DNA of 64,000 bases from Octopus vulgaris (taxonomy: Eukaryota): the NCBI GenBank assembly GCA_951406725.2, contig OX597816.1, positions 156,798,001-156,862,000 of the forward strand, written 5' to 3'. Under the pieces are notes generated by a model. That model worked only from the letters and a program-made list of their open reading frames with translations. It was not told the origin of the DNA and ran no database searches. The translations under genes and the position numbers were made by a program. Shown here piece after piece: positions 40,420 to 53,479 of this stretch (position 1 is the first letter of the stretch; each line of letters begins with the position of its first letter).

Positions 40420-40536
40420 TATTAAAGGGAAATAACGGATACGTCAGGTAGTATATTTATATATATAAATATGTACATATAATATATATGTATACACATG
40501 TATATATATATATACATATATGATATGATATATATA

Positions 40537-41139
40537 GGAGGGCAATTCAAATATTAGTCACACTTTCGCGATAACAGCTTTATTATTGTCAAAATACCTT
40601 CTGTGCATTCGTGCTTATAGCTGATACAATTGTAGTCACGTGATCGAATTTTGATACTGATCGCGCTATTTTTCTTTCTAGCTTTACAGTGTAAGCATGA
40701 CTACTCCACTAGCAATGTGCATCAAAAAAGAGCAAAGAGCAGGGACCCGACAAATGGTAATGGTGAACGCCCTGCTCCCTCTTTCTTGTGTCACGCTTCT
40801 CCGGCCACTTTAAGCTTCTCGATCCACTCAAACACACTTCTACGCGGTAGTGCACTGCCCGCGTATTGTGCTAAAAGCCTCCGATGAATTTCAGTAGCTG
40901 ACATACATTCCGATCAGAGAAATCGGATCACTACTCTTTGTTCTTCTTTGGTGCTCATTACTAGTGGAACAGCCATGCTTACACTGTAAAGCCAGAAAGA
41001 AAAAATGGCGCGATCAGGATCAATCTTCGATCATGTGACCACGATATTACTGACTATATGTACGCATGCGCAAAAGTCAGTGTGACAATAATAAAGTTAC
41101 TCTGTAGCGAAACCGCAGATAATTTTTAACTTCCCCTCG
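40537..41139 (-). mobile_element. Mariner-derived MITE with ~200-bp inverted arms and a transposase N-terminal relic
   Basis: TA flanks, ends ggagggcaattcaaa / tttaacttcccctcg; minus strand from 40976 reads MAVPLVMSTKEEQRVVIRFL*SECMSATEIHRRLLAQYAGSALPRRSVFEWIEKLK (mariner HTH region). Confidence 0.85.
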
Positions 41140-41144
41140 TATAT

Positions 41145-41175
<31 letters not shown>

Positions 41176-43417
41176 CACATACAGAGAAAGAGGGAGAGAG
41201 AGAACTATTGGAGCTATTGTAATTTTATTATCGCTCCTCATCAAATTTTGCTCAGAGCTTAGATATGAGAATACATAAAATTGCTTACGCTCTCTTCAGC
41301 TTGTTATTTTCTTTTGATTTTCATTTCATTTAAAGAAACTTCTTCATATTATCGAAGATAAATATACGGTGTACTGCCAAAAGATAAGGCAATATTTTAA
41401 AATTTCTGTATTCTTAGTTATATGGTAAAAGGAACAGATAACTTTTCAACTGATTTTCGTATTCATTTATAACTATAAATAAATAACTAAATGTTTTAAT
41501 TACAATATTTAATGTTTGTGTTCTCTTTTATACTTCTTCCCCTTTAAGTATATTAAACTAAAATATTGCTAGCGGCTTAAGTACAGAACACACTGTTAGT
41601 GTTTAATGTAGATAGAATCCCTCATATATAACAGACATTTATCCCCATATTTACATACTTCCATACTTAAATAAATACAAAGATAATAAATACGTATATT
41701 TCAACGTTCGGTATTGGTCAGCATACTGTACTCGTTGTAATATTTGTATATATGAATCTGAGTTTTACCATATTTATTCTTGTATGTGCCGCACCATTAA
41801 GTTAGTGTTAAGTCAAATATAATTACCATTGTTTTAACTTTAATTTGTATTTAAGTCAAACACGAGTTCCTTTTATGTTTTTGTTTTGTGTGTGTGTGTG
41901 TGTGTGATTTTCTTTTCACTTAAAATCAGGCATTACATTGTTCAACTTATACTCGAGTAATCCGGCAATTATTTCTGTTCTCTGACCAGAAAAAATTATT
42001 CTTTTAAAATAATGTTGTAATAGACTGAGATGTGTTGATGTACGTTATTCATGAACTTATCCACACAAATCTTCCCATTCTGTTACATAAATAAGTGCTT
42101 CCCGCTACCAACATTTTATTTCAACATTCTTTGTTCTATGAGACTTATCAAATAAATTCTAGAGCCTTGTAACAATACCAATGCAGATCTGCCATCTTCC
42201 TTTATTGTATCTCGTCCTACCATATTACATATTTCAATCATTGCAATGCAAAAATATTAAATACTTAACCCAAAATACAGCAACTTTAAGCACATTCGTT
42301 GAAATATTCGATATCCTGTTTCTGAATATTTAACTTGTAGTCATTCACACTGAGTAAGCTGTTTCAAACAGGTAAAAATTATCCTATTCGTGAGCGAAAC
42401 AAGCTTCATCGCGATTGAGATGCATTTTATTATAAAAGTATCCGGTCGATTAAGTCTGACTTGGAGCTAAACATAAAGAACAACTGCAAAGCATTTGTTA
42501 GAACTGCTAGTTAATATTCGACATTCCTATTCAAAACAAGAAGTACGGACTACTATTTCCCCATATCTCATTACGATTACTTCGAAATTCTATGGGGTTA
42601 ATTGTAACGTAAACTACTTAGTCATGCAGCACAGGGAGAAGATTGAGAGCTGATGCGAACTTCTAAAACGCGAGGTAGATGTACACTAATTTGATCATTT
42701 CTGTCACATAAAAAGAAGATTCATATTTAGTTAGATCAATATCAGAAACAAAATATTTTCTGTTTTAAACAAAAGATATCTTGTATTTAAAGTTTGTGGT
42801 TAGGAGTTATTTTTTCTTCTGTTTTGTTTGTTTTTCTTTATCAGATTTCAAAACTAAAGAATTTTCCGATTTATATCTATTTGTAAATAACATAATATGT
42901 TTTAAATTTTTGAACGGAGGTGCAATAGTATAACTCTGAAGTAAATCTATGACATCGTATAATTTCATATATTTTTATGTCTTTTTTTGTTTTCTTTTCA
43001 ATCACATTCTTTAACGAGTGTGGAAGTATTTTTCTTTCCTTAACATCGCAATATTCTTCGTCAGCAAACACAAATATGACGTTAGCAGATTTCTAAACTC
43101 ACATAAATGTATACAGATTGCATCAAAATATTTATGTGCTGAAGACAAATTTATGAGAAACTCCCTTTTTTATTTCTCTGTCTTTCTGTCTAACTGTCTG
43201 TGTCTCTCTCTCTGTCCCTCTCTTTTTCTCTTTCGTTGTCTTTGTTCTCTTAGAAAATTATATAAATGTGTTTGTTTGTTTGTTTGTGTATGTGTGTGTG
43301 TCTGTGTGTGTGTGCATATTTCTACTACTATATCGTTCTACATGTGTACAACACATGATCACATATAGGAGGTCCAACAAAACGTGCGATGAAAAGGAAA
43401 AATAATAATAATAATAA

Positions 43418-43632
43418 TCCTTTCTACTATAGACACAAAGCATGAAATTTGGTGGGAGGAGCCTAGTGAATTACATCGACTGCAATGTTTCACTGATACT
43501 TAATTTATCGACCCCGAAAGGATGAAAGACAAAGTCGACCTTGGTGGAATTTGAACTCATAACGTAACGACCGGCGTAATACCGCTAAGCATTTCCGCCA
43601 GCGTGTCAATGAATTTGCCAGCTCCCCTCCTT
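43418..43632 (-). mobile_element. SINE family B with alternative tail, within (TAA)n
   Basis: atcgaccccgaaaggatgaaagacaaagtcgacc...ggaatttgaactc. Confidence 0.8.
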
Positions 43633-43660
43633 AATAATAATAATGATAATAATAATAATA

Positions 43661-43713
<53 letters not shown>

Positions 43714-43714
<1 letters not shown>

Positions 43715-44269
43715 GCCCTGATGCAGTACCAGGCAGTGGCTCTCATGGCTTCTGATCTTAACTGATTGGAAGTGCTATCATGTACGTTGTTTTGTCTTGG
43801 TATAAAAGATGGGCTACAGCAAATATTCTGCTCAATACCACAGATTTGCTTGTCAGTTGTTTGACCGTAACCAGTTGAGCAAGTCCCTTAGTGGCTGACG
43901 ATATGTACATCTCTGATCACGAGCAGAAGTAGTGGGGGAGCATCATAGCCATGTGTTGAGAGGGATTCTTTGGGGTTTGAATAGTTCACCTCTGGAAACA
44001 TGGGTGGTTCTTTCAACATCCTTAAACAACCCTTATTCAGGGACCGTTTGAGCGGGATGGGCTACTCAACCTGAAGAAAATTCTAACTAGGCTCCACCTG
44101 CAAGGTCATGTACTGTTTATCTTGATATGAGATCACCATGTCGCGCACATATGGTTGTGATGCATGTGCCTGGTGTACCTTTATCAGACGGGTAGTCATG
44201 ATGGGTATATTGGGCTTCGTATATTTTACCCCAGTGTCATTTTGATGGCATGAACTGCTCTCTCACTCA
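43714..44269. mobile_element. ~556-bp (TAA)n-embedded element, copy 2
   Basis: Near-identical to 48771-49326. Confidence 0.92.
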
Positions 44270-44307
44270 ATAATAATAATAATAATAATTATAATAATAA
44301 TAATAAT

Positions 44308-44610
44308 AAAGCACTTCATGGCAAATACTGGACTAAACTAAATGCAAGACAAATAGACAGAGAAAGATCCCAGCAGATGTTGGGAAGCTCAGGATTCAAA
44401 GCAGGGACTGAAGGATTTTTAATTACAGCACAAGACCAAAGCCTCCCCAAAAGAAATTGCGAAAAACATATAATAAAACGAAACATAACATGTAACTTCA
44501 GAATATGTGGAGATGGACAAGAAACAATAATCATATTTTCTCTGGCTGCCCAGTCCTGGCTAAGAAAGAATATATTCACAGACACGACAGAGTTGGGACC
44601 TACATCAAGA
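44308..44610 (+). mobile_element. R4/Dong fragment (zinc-finger region)
   Basis: LHGKY, SSGFKAGTEGFLITAQDQSL, RICGDGQETI, GCPVLAKKEYIHRHDRVG. Confidence 0.85.
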
Positions 44611-44767
44611 TCACAATAGAAGGGACTTAGAGAAAGTTAGCTGCAAGACTTTATAAGATTTGCCCCAGCATGGCAGCAGTCCAGTTAACAGAATTAGCAA
44701 AATATACAATGAACATTATAGTGTAGAGAAAGTCACATCTTCAAAGCTTATATTCCTTTATATATAA

Positions 44768-44815
<48 letters not shown>

Positions 44816-45299
44816 TGATTCTTTCTTATATATATGTTTTAGCTGCCAACGCTGAGTAGTATGCAGGTGTAAATTTTTTCAAAGTGTTTTGTAAATATAT
44901 TTTGCAAATATTTCTATTGCAATGCTCCTGTGTAAACAATATTTTTTCCTAAATATCTGATGAGAGAAAAATATGATGTTAAGTGTACGTGAGTTGGTAT
45001 TAATTCACGTTTGTGATGAAATCGATATAGGTATAGTCAATATAAAATGCCATATGTTGATTTTGAAAGGAAATAGGGCTTTCAATAATGTTTTAAAATT
45101 TGGAAGGATTTGTTTAAACTGAAAATGAGCTGGCATAATAAGGAGATAAATTACAGCAAACAAGCTGTAATGGTATTTTGACGTCTTACCGTAGTTTCGT
45201 ATTTTTTGTTTTCATTGTTATATTTTAATACATATATTTGCATTGCGTGCTATCACTGCATTCGCAAACACATCCTTGTTCACTTTGGGTATGTGCGGT

Positions 45300-48200
45300 G
45301 TTTGGTTCTGATCTTATATTTCTGTTTTATTGATATTCCTCTACTTTAATATATGAGCAGTTCCTAGTAGGCCCCTTTACTCTAGGTTATGCATGATTGT
45401 AAACCCATAGGTTTCCTCATATATTTTGTTGCATGGATTTTACATTATAGCACGTATTACTTCATAAATTAATTCCGTTTTCATTTCCCACTTTCTGGTT
45501 GTCTCTCTGTCCTGGTCTGTAAATTCAGATAACAACTCAGGTTACCTTTATTGATATATTATCGCATTTTGACAATGACACTGCTTTTGGTTGGCATGAC
45601 CTGCAATTGTGGTCCTAGATAAAAAAATAAAAGATAAATTAACCTCTTTGCTTGTATAAATTATTATATTTCAACGTCTAACTATATAAGCTTCGTTATT
45701 CTGTGTCTCAGTTTTGCAATATGTCTCTGCTATTGTTTCATGAGATTTGTATGATTTGCAGTGTACGAGAGCTCAACTGATCTATGCCTCAGTTTTATAC
45801 TCTCTCCTAGTTAAGTGTGGTCAGCCAAGTGTATTAATGTTAGCTGCTTCTGTCCAACCGCCATATATCAACAAATAAATATTATATTTTGCTTCATGAA
45901 ATATTTTTGGGAACTCTCAGATGGGATGACTCTGATTCTGTAACGAAACCCTCATCTTAGTTGTAAACCATCACTCCAAATCTAGTCTGGAATATTGCAT
46001 CACTTCTATTTTTCTTCCCATATATTTAATCTAGTATTGTACGCATCCATTTTTAGTTTAGTGTTTTGCCATACAAAATTTCTACCGTTGCATCGCCTTT
46101 CTCTCCACAATTGTCTGCCGTTTTAGTTTCCGTTTTTTAATATTCCTTGGACTTCTTGAAATAGAAACCAATTTGTTTCTGTTTTGTTCGCAATTTGTAG
46201 CTGTTTGTATTAGATGTTATTTATTCGGTTTAAAATATAATTTTGTAGTCCTACAGCCGATAATTTGAAATAGATTTTAAGTTGCATAAGAACCCTTCTA
46301 GCGATAATTGTTATAATCATGTTTCAGATTTGATATTGTGCATTCTAAATGAAGTCGTTAGTTTTATTCTTTCTCCGTTTAGACTTCCAACTTCATTTAG
46401 TATCTAATTGAGAATATGTGTATGAGTATGCGTGCATGGGTATGTATGAGTATGCGTGCATGGGTGTGTGTGCGTGGGTGTGCGTGTCAGTATATCTGTG
46501 TTTCTGTGCATCTGTGTCATTACTGGTATTGCTAGTGTAGTGTTGACTATTATTTTTTGGTACTGATATAGAAAATATTCCTTTCATTGATCTCTTTCAT
46601 TTGTCTATCCCATACACTCTGTATTAAGTTGGTTCATGCTGGTTTGTCTATCTACAGTTGATATGATTCTCTAATCTATGTTCCTTTATTTAGCATATCA
46701 GTGAAATTAATTCATTATTCTCTAAGTGTAGCTACGCTGACATATTTTTTCGAATCTAAATCACATGTACTTCTCCAGTAAATCTGTATCTAGCCTTTGT
46801 AGTGGTATCTCGATATTTATTCCCTGCATCATACAAAGTTTATTTACTTACAAAATAAGACTGAATACTCTGTTGTAGTTTTTGTAACAGAGGCCAACTT
46901 TGATTAATATGTTGTTTACAGGTGTTTATATTTTTATTATTACTTGTATGAATCTGCAGAATTGCTTGCCATTTAAATATGATGTTTAATGTCCCGTATA
47001 TCGCCAAACGTGCCACGCTGCCGCTATCGATAGTAGGTCTGGCATAGCGCTTAGCAGCAAGTCACCCATCTTTAAGTTCTTAGATCAAATTGCGACGGGG
47101 TCTACATTGCTTTTCAGCCTGTCGAAAATTAAGTACCTGTTAAGTACTGGTGTCAATATTATCGACTTCGCTCTCCCCTAAAAAAACTGGTGGTCTTGTG
47201 CCAAATTTGAAACCATCATTGATAATACTCTGCAGTTGTTTGTAGCCTATCAAACTCTTGTGTAGGAAAGCTGGGCAAAAGCCTTTTTGTAGTATATCCA
47301 AGATAGGTTTAATCCGTTTCTTCTATTTTTTTTAATGTTCAGTTATGGCTTTCTAAAGTAGTAATTGATATTTACATCCATTTGAGAAACGTTAGCATTC
47401 ATCTTGCCTTCTGCTAAAAACAATTTTCTCCCAAGTATATTTTCTCAGCAATATGTCCTAGTAAGTTATATAAAGGCAGGTGCATGTTATAGGTCTGTAT
47501 GTTAACTGTTATACTTGAAGATGCTGCATCCTTCAGTGGGACGGTTTCGATTAGTTTCAAGTTTCAACAGCACTTTATGTTACATTTTCGTCTGTACTTT
47601 AGTGTATCGGTTAAATAGATATTACCGAAATGGTCTTCTTGCCTCCTGTTTGTTTATTTCTTCACTGCGTCTGGGTTGCGTTGGCTGTTATGTTCATACA
47701 ACTTTGTTGAGGTCCTGTGTCAGTTAACTCGTACAACCCACACATTTCTTAATGTAACCCATCATCCTTCATACTCCTGTCTATAAATTCATTCATTCCA
47801 TTGCTTTCGGTGATGCATTAACTTAAAATTTATTTTTATTTTCTGTTTCATAGAATCCTTTGGGGTGTGTTATGTTCGTTTTCTTCAATAGAATGCTTCT
47901 TCTATTTCATACCAAAGATTTTTATTTTGTAAATCATCGAAGATCTATCTAGCCAGAAGTTATTCAATTTCACTTGATGCTTATTTTTTGCTGTTTTTGA
48001 AGAATTTATGTTTAGTTTCAGTTGTGACGACCGTTATTGAGTTCATTAAGAATTGAAAAGATTTTTCTGTTTATTCGTTTTTCAAGTTTTTTCTCATTGG
48101 TTTTCTTATTTTTGAATGAACAGATCTGAAGAAGAGCTTCTCCTTAAACTACAATCTTTGTTGCATATGTTATTTGCTTTAACTTAGTGGTATTGACATC

Positions 48201-48500
48201 TGAATGTAGTTTCATTAAGTAATTAAGGTTAGCGTTGTTTAAAGTTATTGCTATTTTACAAATGTGATTTTTCTTAGGGGGTACCTTCGTCAGTAACTAG
48301 GAAGATGTATTGATTTTAATACTCTAATTAGATTCTCATGTAAATTTTTCCTATCTCTTGTACAACCTATTCTGAAATATTCCTAATAGTTCTTTTTCAT
48401 AATATTTTTTGTCTGTGTTGTTAGTTATGATTTGTTTTACACTGGTTACATTTTCCATGTGTGTTTTCTTGTTTTCTATTGTGTTTTATTGTTTAGATTC
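45300..48500 (-). mobile_element. Ancient, heavily decayed R4/Dong-like element interrupted by later inserts
   Basis: Minus-strand residual motifs in the expected order: QITYATK (~48170), SILNEL (~48050), YRPITC (~47490), LSWIYYKKAF (~47290). Boundaries approximate. Confidence 0.5.
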
Positions 48501-48770
48501 TTTTGCACACGCCGTCCATGATTTATGCCCTCCGTTTCAAGTTCTTAGTTTTACTTGGATTTTCATTTTATACGGTTCTTGTTTAATGTCCCAGTTTAGT
48601 CTCTCATATATATGTGTGTATGCGTGCGTGTGCGTGAGTGTGGATTCATATGTGTGTGTGAGTGTATACAGCTATGTATTAATAACAACAAAATCAACAA
48701 TGGCAATAAAAATAAGAGAAGTAGTAGTAGTAATAATAATAATAATAATAATAATAATTATAATTATAAA

Positions 48771-49326
48771 TGCCCTGATGCAGTACCAGGCAGTGGCTCT
48801 CATGCCTTCTGATCTTAATTGATTGGAAGTGTTATCATGTACGTTGTTTTGTCTTGGTATAAAAGATGGGCTACAGCAAATATTCTGCTCAATGCCACAG
48901 ATTTGCTTGTCAGTTGTTTGACCTTAACCAGTTGAGCATGTCCCTTAGTGGCTGACGATATGTGCATCTCTGATCACGAGCAGAAGAAGTGGGGGAGCAT
49001 CATAGCCATGTGTTGAGAGGGATTCTTTGGGGTTTGAATAGTTCACCTCTGGAAACATGGGTGGTTCTTTCAACATCCTTAAACAACCCTTATTCAGGTA
49101 CCTTTTGAGCGGGATGGGCTACTCAACCTGAAGTAAATTCTAACTGGGCTCCACCTGCAAGGTCATGTACTGTTTATCTTGATATGAGATCACCATGTCG
49201 CGCACATATGGTTGTGATGCATGTGCCTGGTGTACCCTTATCAGACGGGTAGTCATGATGGGTATACTGGGATTCGTATATTTTACCCCAGTGTCACTTT
49301 GATGGCATGAACTGCTCTCTCACTCA
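48771..49326. mobile_element. ~556-bp (TAA)n-embedded element, copy 3
   Basis: Same termini as the other copies. Confidence 0.92.
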
Positions 49327-49351
49327 ATAATAATAAAAAAAAAAAAAAAAA

Positions 49352-49416
<65 letters not shown>

Positions 49417-49669
49417 CACAAAGGAAATGAAGAATCAGATGAACAGTATAGCCCGCCACGAGGCTTAATTGAAAGACTGCCATCTGACCAAAGTACGCAA
49501 AGGCCTGAAGATACAAGAAATTCTATTGTACCTGTTAAAGATAGCCAGGAAAACGAAAAAACAACAGTAACTGAAGATCTCGCATTTGCTGAAGAACACA
49601 GAGAGTCTATAGCAGAAATGAGGCAGAAAATCCTGAATACGCTTGAAGTTGTAAGACATACAAGTATGA

Positions 49670-50323
49670 ATGATAGAGAACCGCTTCATAAACTCTCAAA
49701 TACAAACCAAAATAAAAAACAAATCCAACTATGTAACAAATGAAATAATACGAGAATTAAAACCTGATTTTACTGAGTTAAATGAAATTATTTACGCTTC
49801 TGCTAGGGCAATTGAAACCAGCTGTATGCCCCCGAAAAAACAAAGAAAACAAAACCTGGGAAGAAATCAAACCTGGAGAAGTAAAATTGAAAAAGAGATT
49901 GAATTTATGAGAGGGGAAATATCAATATTAAATGAACTAATATGTGGAAATGATGTAAGATCCAGAACAGGAAGAAAGATGAAGAGAAAATTTGGATCCT
50001 CACCAAGAGAAGAACTGATATCAATAAAAGAAACGCTGAAACAAAAAGTCCAAGCAAAAGCCCAAAGAATACGAAGATTTGAGAAGAGAAACAAGTTTTA
50101 CAAGCAAAATAAGCTGTTCACATCCAATGCCAAAAAATTCTACAGAGAAATAGGGAAGGAGAAAGTAACCGTTAAAGACCCCCCTCCCATGGAAGAAGTT
50201 CAAAACTTTTGGAAAAGGATTTGGAGTGACAAGAAGACGTACAACATAAATGCAGACTGGATTATACATACTGAAGGATCCTACCAAATTTACAACAACA
50301 AGCATGGGAAGACATCACAATAG
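49670..50323 (+). pseudogene. Pre-RT portion of the Dong ORF, frameshifted from the RT ORF
   Basis: KQKVQAKAQRIRRFEKR...QNKLF...KKFYR...FWKRIW; continues in another frame as WKSPGKDRVPNFWL. Confidence 0.85.
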
Positions 50324-50382
50324 CAGACCTAAGAAAGGCACTCACGAAGGCCCATAATTGGAAATCCCCCGGTAAAGATAGG

Positions 50383-52617
50383 GTGCCGAATTTCTGGCTC
50401 GCATCGCTCCCGTGCGCACACGGTAAGCTAGTTCAGCTGCTCAATGGAATTATGAGAGACCCAAAGAAAACACCTGAATGGTTAGCAAGTGGCATTACTT
50501 ACCTACTCCCAAAGAATAACGAAACCAACCTTCCAAAAAACTATCGGCCTATAACCTGTCTATCCACCACGTATAAAATCCTAACATCTATCCTGGCGGA
50601 GAAAACATATGCATTCATGGAGAAGAACGATATTTTCCCCATTGAACAAAAAGGGTGCCGCCGAGGCTCTTACGGATGCAAAGATCAACTGCTAATCAAT
50701 CGTATGATCCTTGAGAACTGTCACAACAAGCGCAGAAATCTCAGCACCGCATGGATTGACTATAAAAAGGCCTTCAACAGTATACCGCATCCATGGATCT
50801 TGAGATCGCTGGGCATCTTCAAAATTTCCCCTGTGATTTCAAACTTCCAGAAGCACAATATGTCGTTGGGGAATACGAATCTCCAATTATACCACTCTAA
50901 TGGAGTACTTGCCTCAGAAAATATAAACATCAACTGTGGAATTTTTCAAGGTGACTCACTTTCACCTTTAATATTCTGCATAGCCCTAATACCCCTTACA
51001 AGTGAATTAAACAGAACAGGGTATGGGTATAAAATTGCCAATAAAAAAATAAGCCATCTATTTTATATGGATGACTTAAAACTTTATGGTAAAGACAATA
51101 ATGAACTTGAAGGCCTATTGCGCACCGTGAAATCATTCAGCGATGACATCGGGATGGAGTTTGGACTTGAGAAGTGTGCCAAGGCCACTTTCCAGAAAGG
51201 GAAAGTGAAGACCACAAATTCAGTCGTGTTAGATGTTGACACAGTCATAAGAGAGCTTGAGCAAGAACAAACATACAAATATTTAGGGATAAATGAAGGC
51301 TCTGGTATTCAGCATGCAAGCATGAAAGAGAAAATCAGGAAGGAATGTTATAGGAGAGTTCGTGCAGTCCTGAAATCTGAACTAAATGCACGTAACAAGG
51401 TGTTAGCTATAAATTCCCTAGCAGTTCCAGTTGTTACTTATAGCTACAATGTGTTGAACTGGAATATGAGTGAAGTAAAGAATATAGATAGAAAAATACG
51501 CAAGCTGCTGAGTTGTAATAGGATGCACCACCCAAAGGCAGACGTAGATCGCCTTTACCTTCCCAGAGCCCAAGGAGGTCGAGGCCTGATCCAATTTGAA
51601 CTAGCTTACAAAACAACCACAATTGGACTGGCCAAATATCTCGAAATATCGAATGACTGGATGCTAAAGCTCGTGGAAAATCACGAGAGACGAAAGAAGC
51701 TTCATTCTATCATCAAGGAAAGCAAAAAATTTGCTATTGATCTCGTGCAGGATACCCAAACTGAACAACCCGAGGGAAGTACGGCAACTATTGTTGCAAA
51801 GAAGGTGAAAATGATGGCAATGAAAAAAGCGCACGAGCAATTGGCTGATAGGTGGGAGGAGAAACCTCTGCACGGCAAATATGTGACCCGCAGCAAACAA
51901 GCTGATGTTGACCAGAAGCAAACCCATCAGTGGCTGCGGAGCTCAGGGCTAAAAGCAGAGAGCGAAGGTTTCATCCTGGCTGCTCAAGACCAAAGCCTAT
52001 CAACCCGGAACTACCAGGCCAATGTGATGAAAAATGGAGCAGACCCAAAATGCCGATTCTGCAACGACATGATTGAAACAGTGGACCACCTAATCTCTGG
52101 ATGTAAAGTCTTAGCACCAGTGGAGTATAAATTAAGACATGACAGAGTTGGCCAATATCTACACTGGCTAATAAGTCGGCATTACAATATCAAAACTGCC
52201 GACAAGTGGTATAATCACCACCCTGAGGCTGTAACTGAAGGAGAAAATGTAACCATTCTGTGGGACTTTCCAGTACATACAGACCGAACCATCAAGGCCA
52301 ATAAACCAGATATTGTTGTGAAAGACCAAAACAATAAAGTTTGCTTATTGATCGACATGAGCATCCCCTGTGATCATAATATCTCAGCGAAAGAGTTTGA
52401 CGAGCTCAGAAAATATAAAGACCTACTCATTGAAATTGAGAAATTGTGGCATCTCAAGGCGGTTACAATACCAGTGATCGTAGGAGCACTAGGAATGATC
52501 AAGAAGGGAACCGAAAATTATATGAGAATGATCCCTGGCTTACCATCCCTGCAAGAAGTGCAAAAGATTGTCTTAACTGGTACATCACACGTATTGAGAA
52601 GAGCATTGTCGATGTGA
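50383..52617 (+). CDS. Reverse transcriptase with CCHC finger and restriction-like endonuclease (R4/Dong clade)
   Basis: NYRPITCL, EQKGC, WIDYKKAF, GIFQGDSLSPLIF, YMDD, YKYLG, CRFC..ETVDHLISGC, RHD, KPDIVV, IDMSIP, PVIVGALG. Confidence 0.93.
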   Translation: MPNFWLASLPCAHGKLVQLLNGIMRDPKKTPEWLASGITYLLPKNNETNLPKNYRPITCLSTTYKILTSILAEKTYAFMEKNDIFPIEQKGCRRGSYGCKDQLLINRMILENCHNKRRNLSTAWIDYKKAFNSIPHPWILRSLGIFKISPVISNFQKHNMSLGNTNLQLYHSNGVLASENININCGIFQGDSLSPLIFCIALIPLTSELNRTGYGYKIANKKISHLFYMDDLKLYGKDNNELEGLLRTVKSFSDDIGMEFGLEKCAKATFQKGKVKTTNSVVLDVDTVIRELEQEQTYKYLGINEGSGIQHASMKEKIRKECYRRVRAVLKSELNARNKVLAINSLAVPVVTYSYNVLNWNMSEVKNIDRKIRKLLSCNRMHHPKADVDRLYLPRAQGGRGLIQFELAYKTTTIGLAKYLEISNDWMLKLVENHERRKKLHSIIKESKKFAIDLVQDTQTEQPEGSTATIVAKKVKMMAMKKAHEQLADRWEEKPLHGKYVTRSKQADVDQKQTHQWLRSSGLKAESEGFILAAQDQSLSTRNYQANVMKNGADPKCRFCNDMIETVDHLISGCKVLAPVEYKLRHDRVGQYLHWLISRHYNIKTADKWYNHHPEAVTEGENVTILWDFPVHTDRTIKANKPDIVVKDQNNKVCLLIDMSIPCDHNISAKEFDELRKYKDLLIEIEKLWHLKAVTIPVIVGALGMIKKGTENYMRMIPGLPSLQEVQKIVLTGTSHVLRRALSM

Positions 52618-53106
52618 GAACTGTTGCTGCTCATGCATTTTAATTTAACTTTAAAAAAAAAATTAAAAAAAATGAACGAACTACTGAGTTTGGTTTAATG
52701 GCCTACCAATATACACTATGAGTTTCTTTGCCCTAGGAGTCGGGAAGACACTCGGCAAGAAATGGAAGAAAATTTGAAAGAAGAAGAAAAAAAAGTAATA
52801 ATAATAATAATGATGATGATGATAATAATAATAACGAAGTAGAGACATCCAAATAGTCGTGGTGAAAACTAGTTTCTTAGCCTCTGGAATACTCAAGCTT
52901 TGTATATATAACAAGCTTGATATGATAATCGCTCAATTAAGTTTATTAATCCAATATCTTTGACCCTATATCGAAATTAGAAGCGACGATAAGATGAATG
53001 AAAGCAACAACGTTTGCTTGTCATGCGATAATTAAATCTGTGAATGTATAAATGAAAGGAATGGAATAGGTATATCCATTCTCTGATACATGTTTATATA
53101 TATATG

Positions 53107-53175
<69 letters not shown>

Positions 53176-53257
53176 ATGTGTGTGTGTGTGTGTGCGTGTG
53201 TGTGTGTGCGTGTATATATATATATATATATCACTCTTGAGTCAAGATAATAATAAT

Positions 53258-53463
53258 CCTTTCCTTTATTGGTACAAGGCCTGATATTTTGGAGAACGGA
53301 TTCATCGATTCCATAGACCCCAGTGCTTGACCAGTACTTATTTCATCAACCCCGAAAGAATGAAATACAAAGCCAACCACAACGGAATTTGAACTCAGAA
53401 CGTAAGGACGAAATGCCGCTAAACTTTTCCACCAAATTGCTAAAGACTCTGCCAGCTCACCTT
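53258..53463 (-). mobile_element. SINE family B, degraded
   Basis: gaccccagtgc, accccgaaagaatgaaa, ggaatttgaactcagaacgt, gccagctcacc. Confidence 0.75.
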
Positions 53464-53479
53464 CATGATAATGGTAATA

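Larger units (their letters stand above)
49413..52795 (+). mobile_element. R4/Dong-clade non-LTR retrotransposon (RT plus restriction-like endonuclease), 5'-truncated, within (TAA)n
   Basis: One long reading frame broken by about two frameshifts (~49720 and ~50290); (TAA)n on both sides; 3' UTR 52618-52795. Confidence 0.92.

Noticed and set aside
48953-48990. CTGACGA inside the 556-bp element
   Set aside because: Followed by GAAG rather than GAAA, with no stems I or III.
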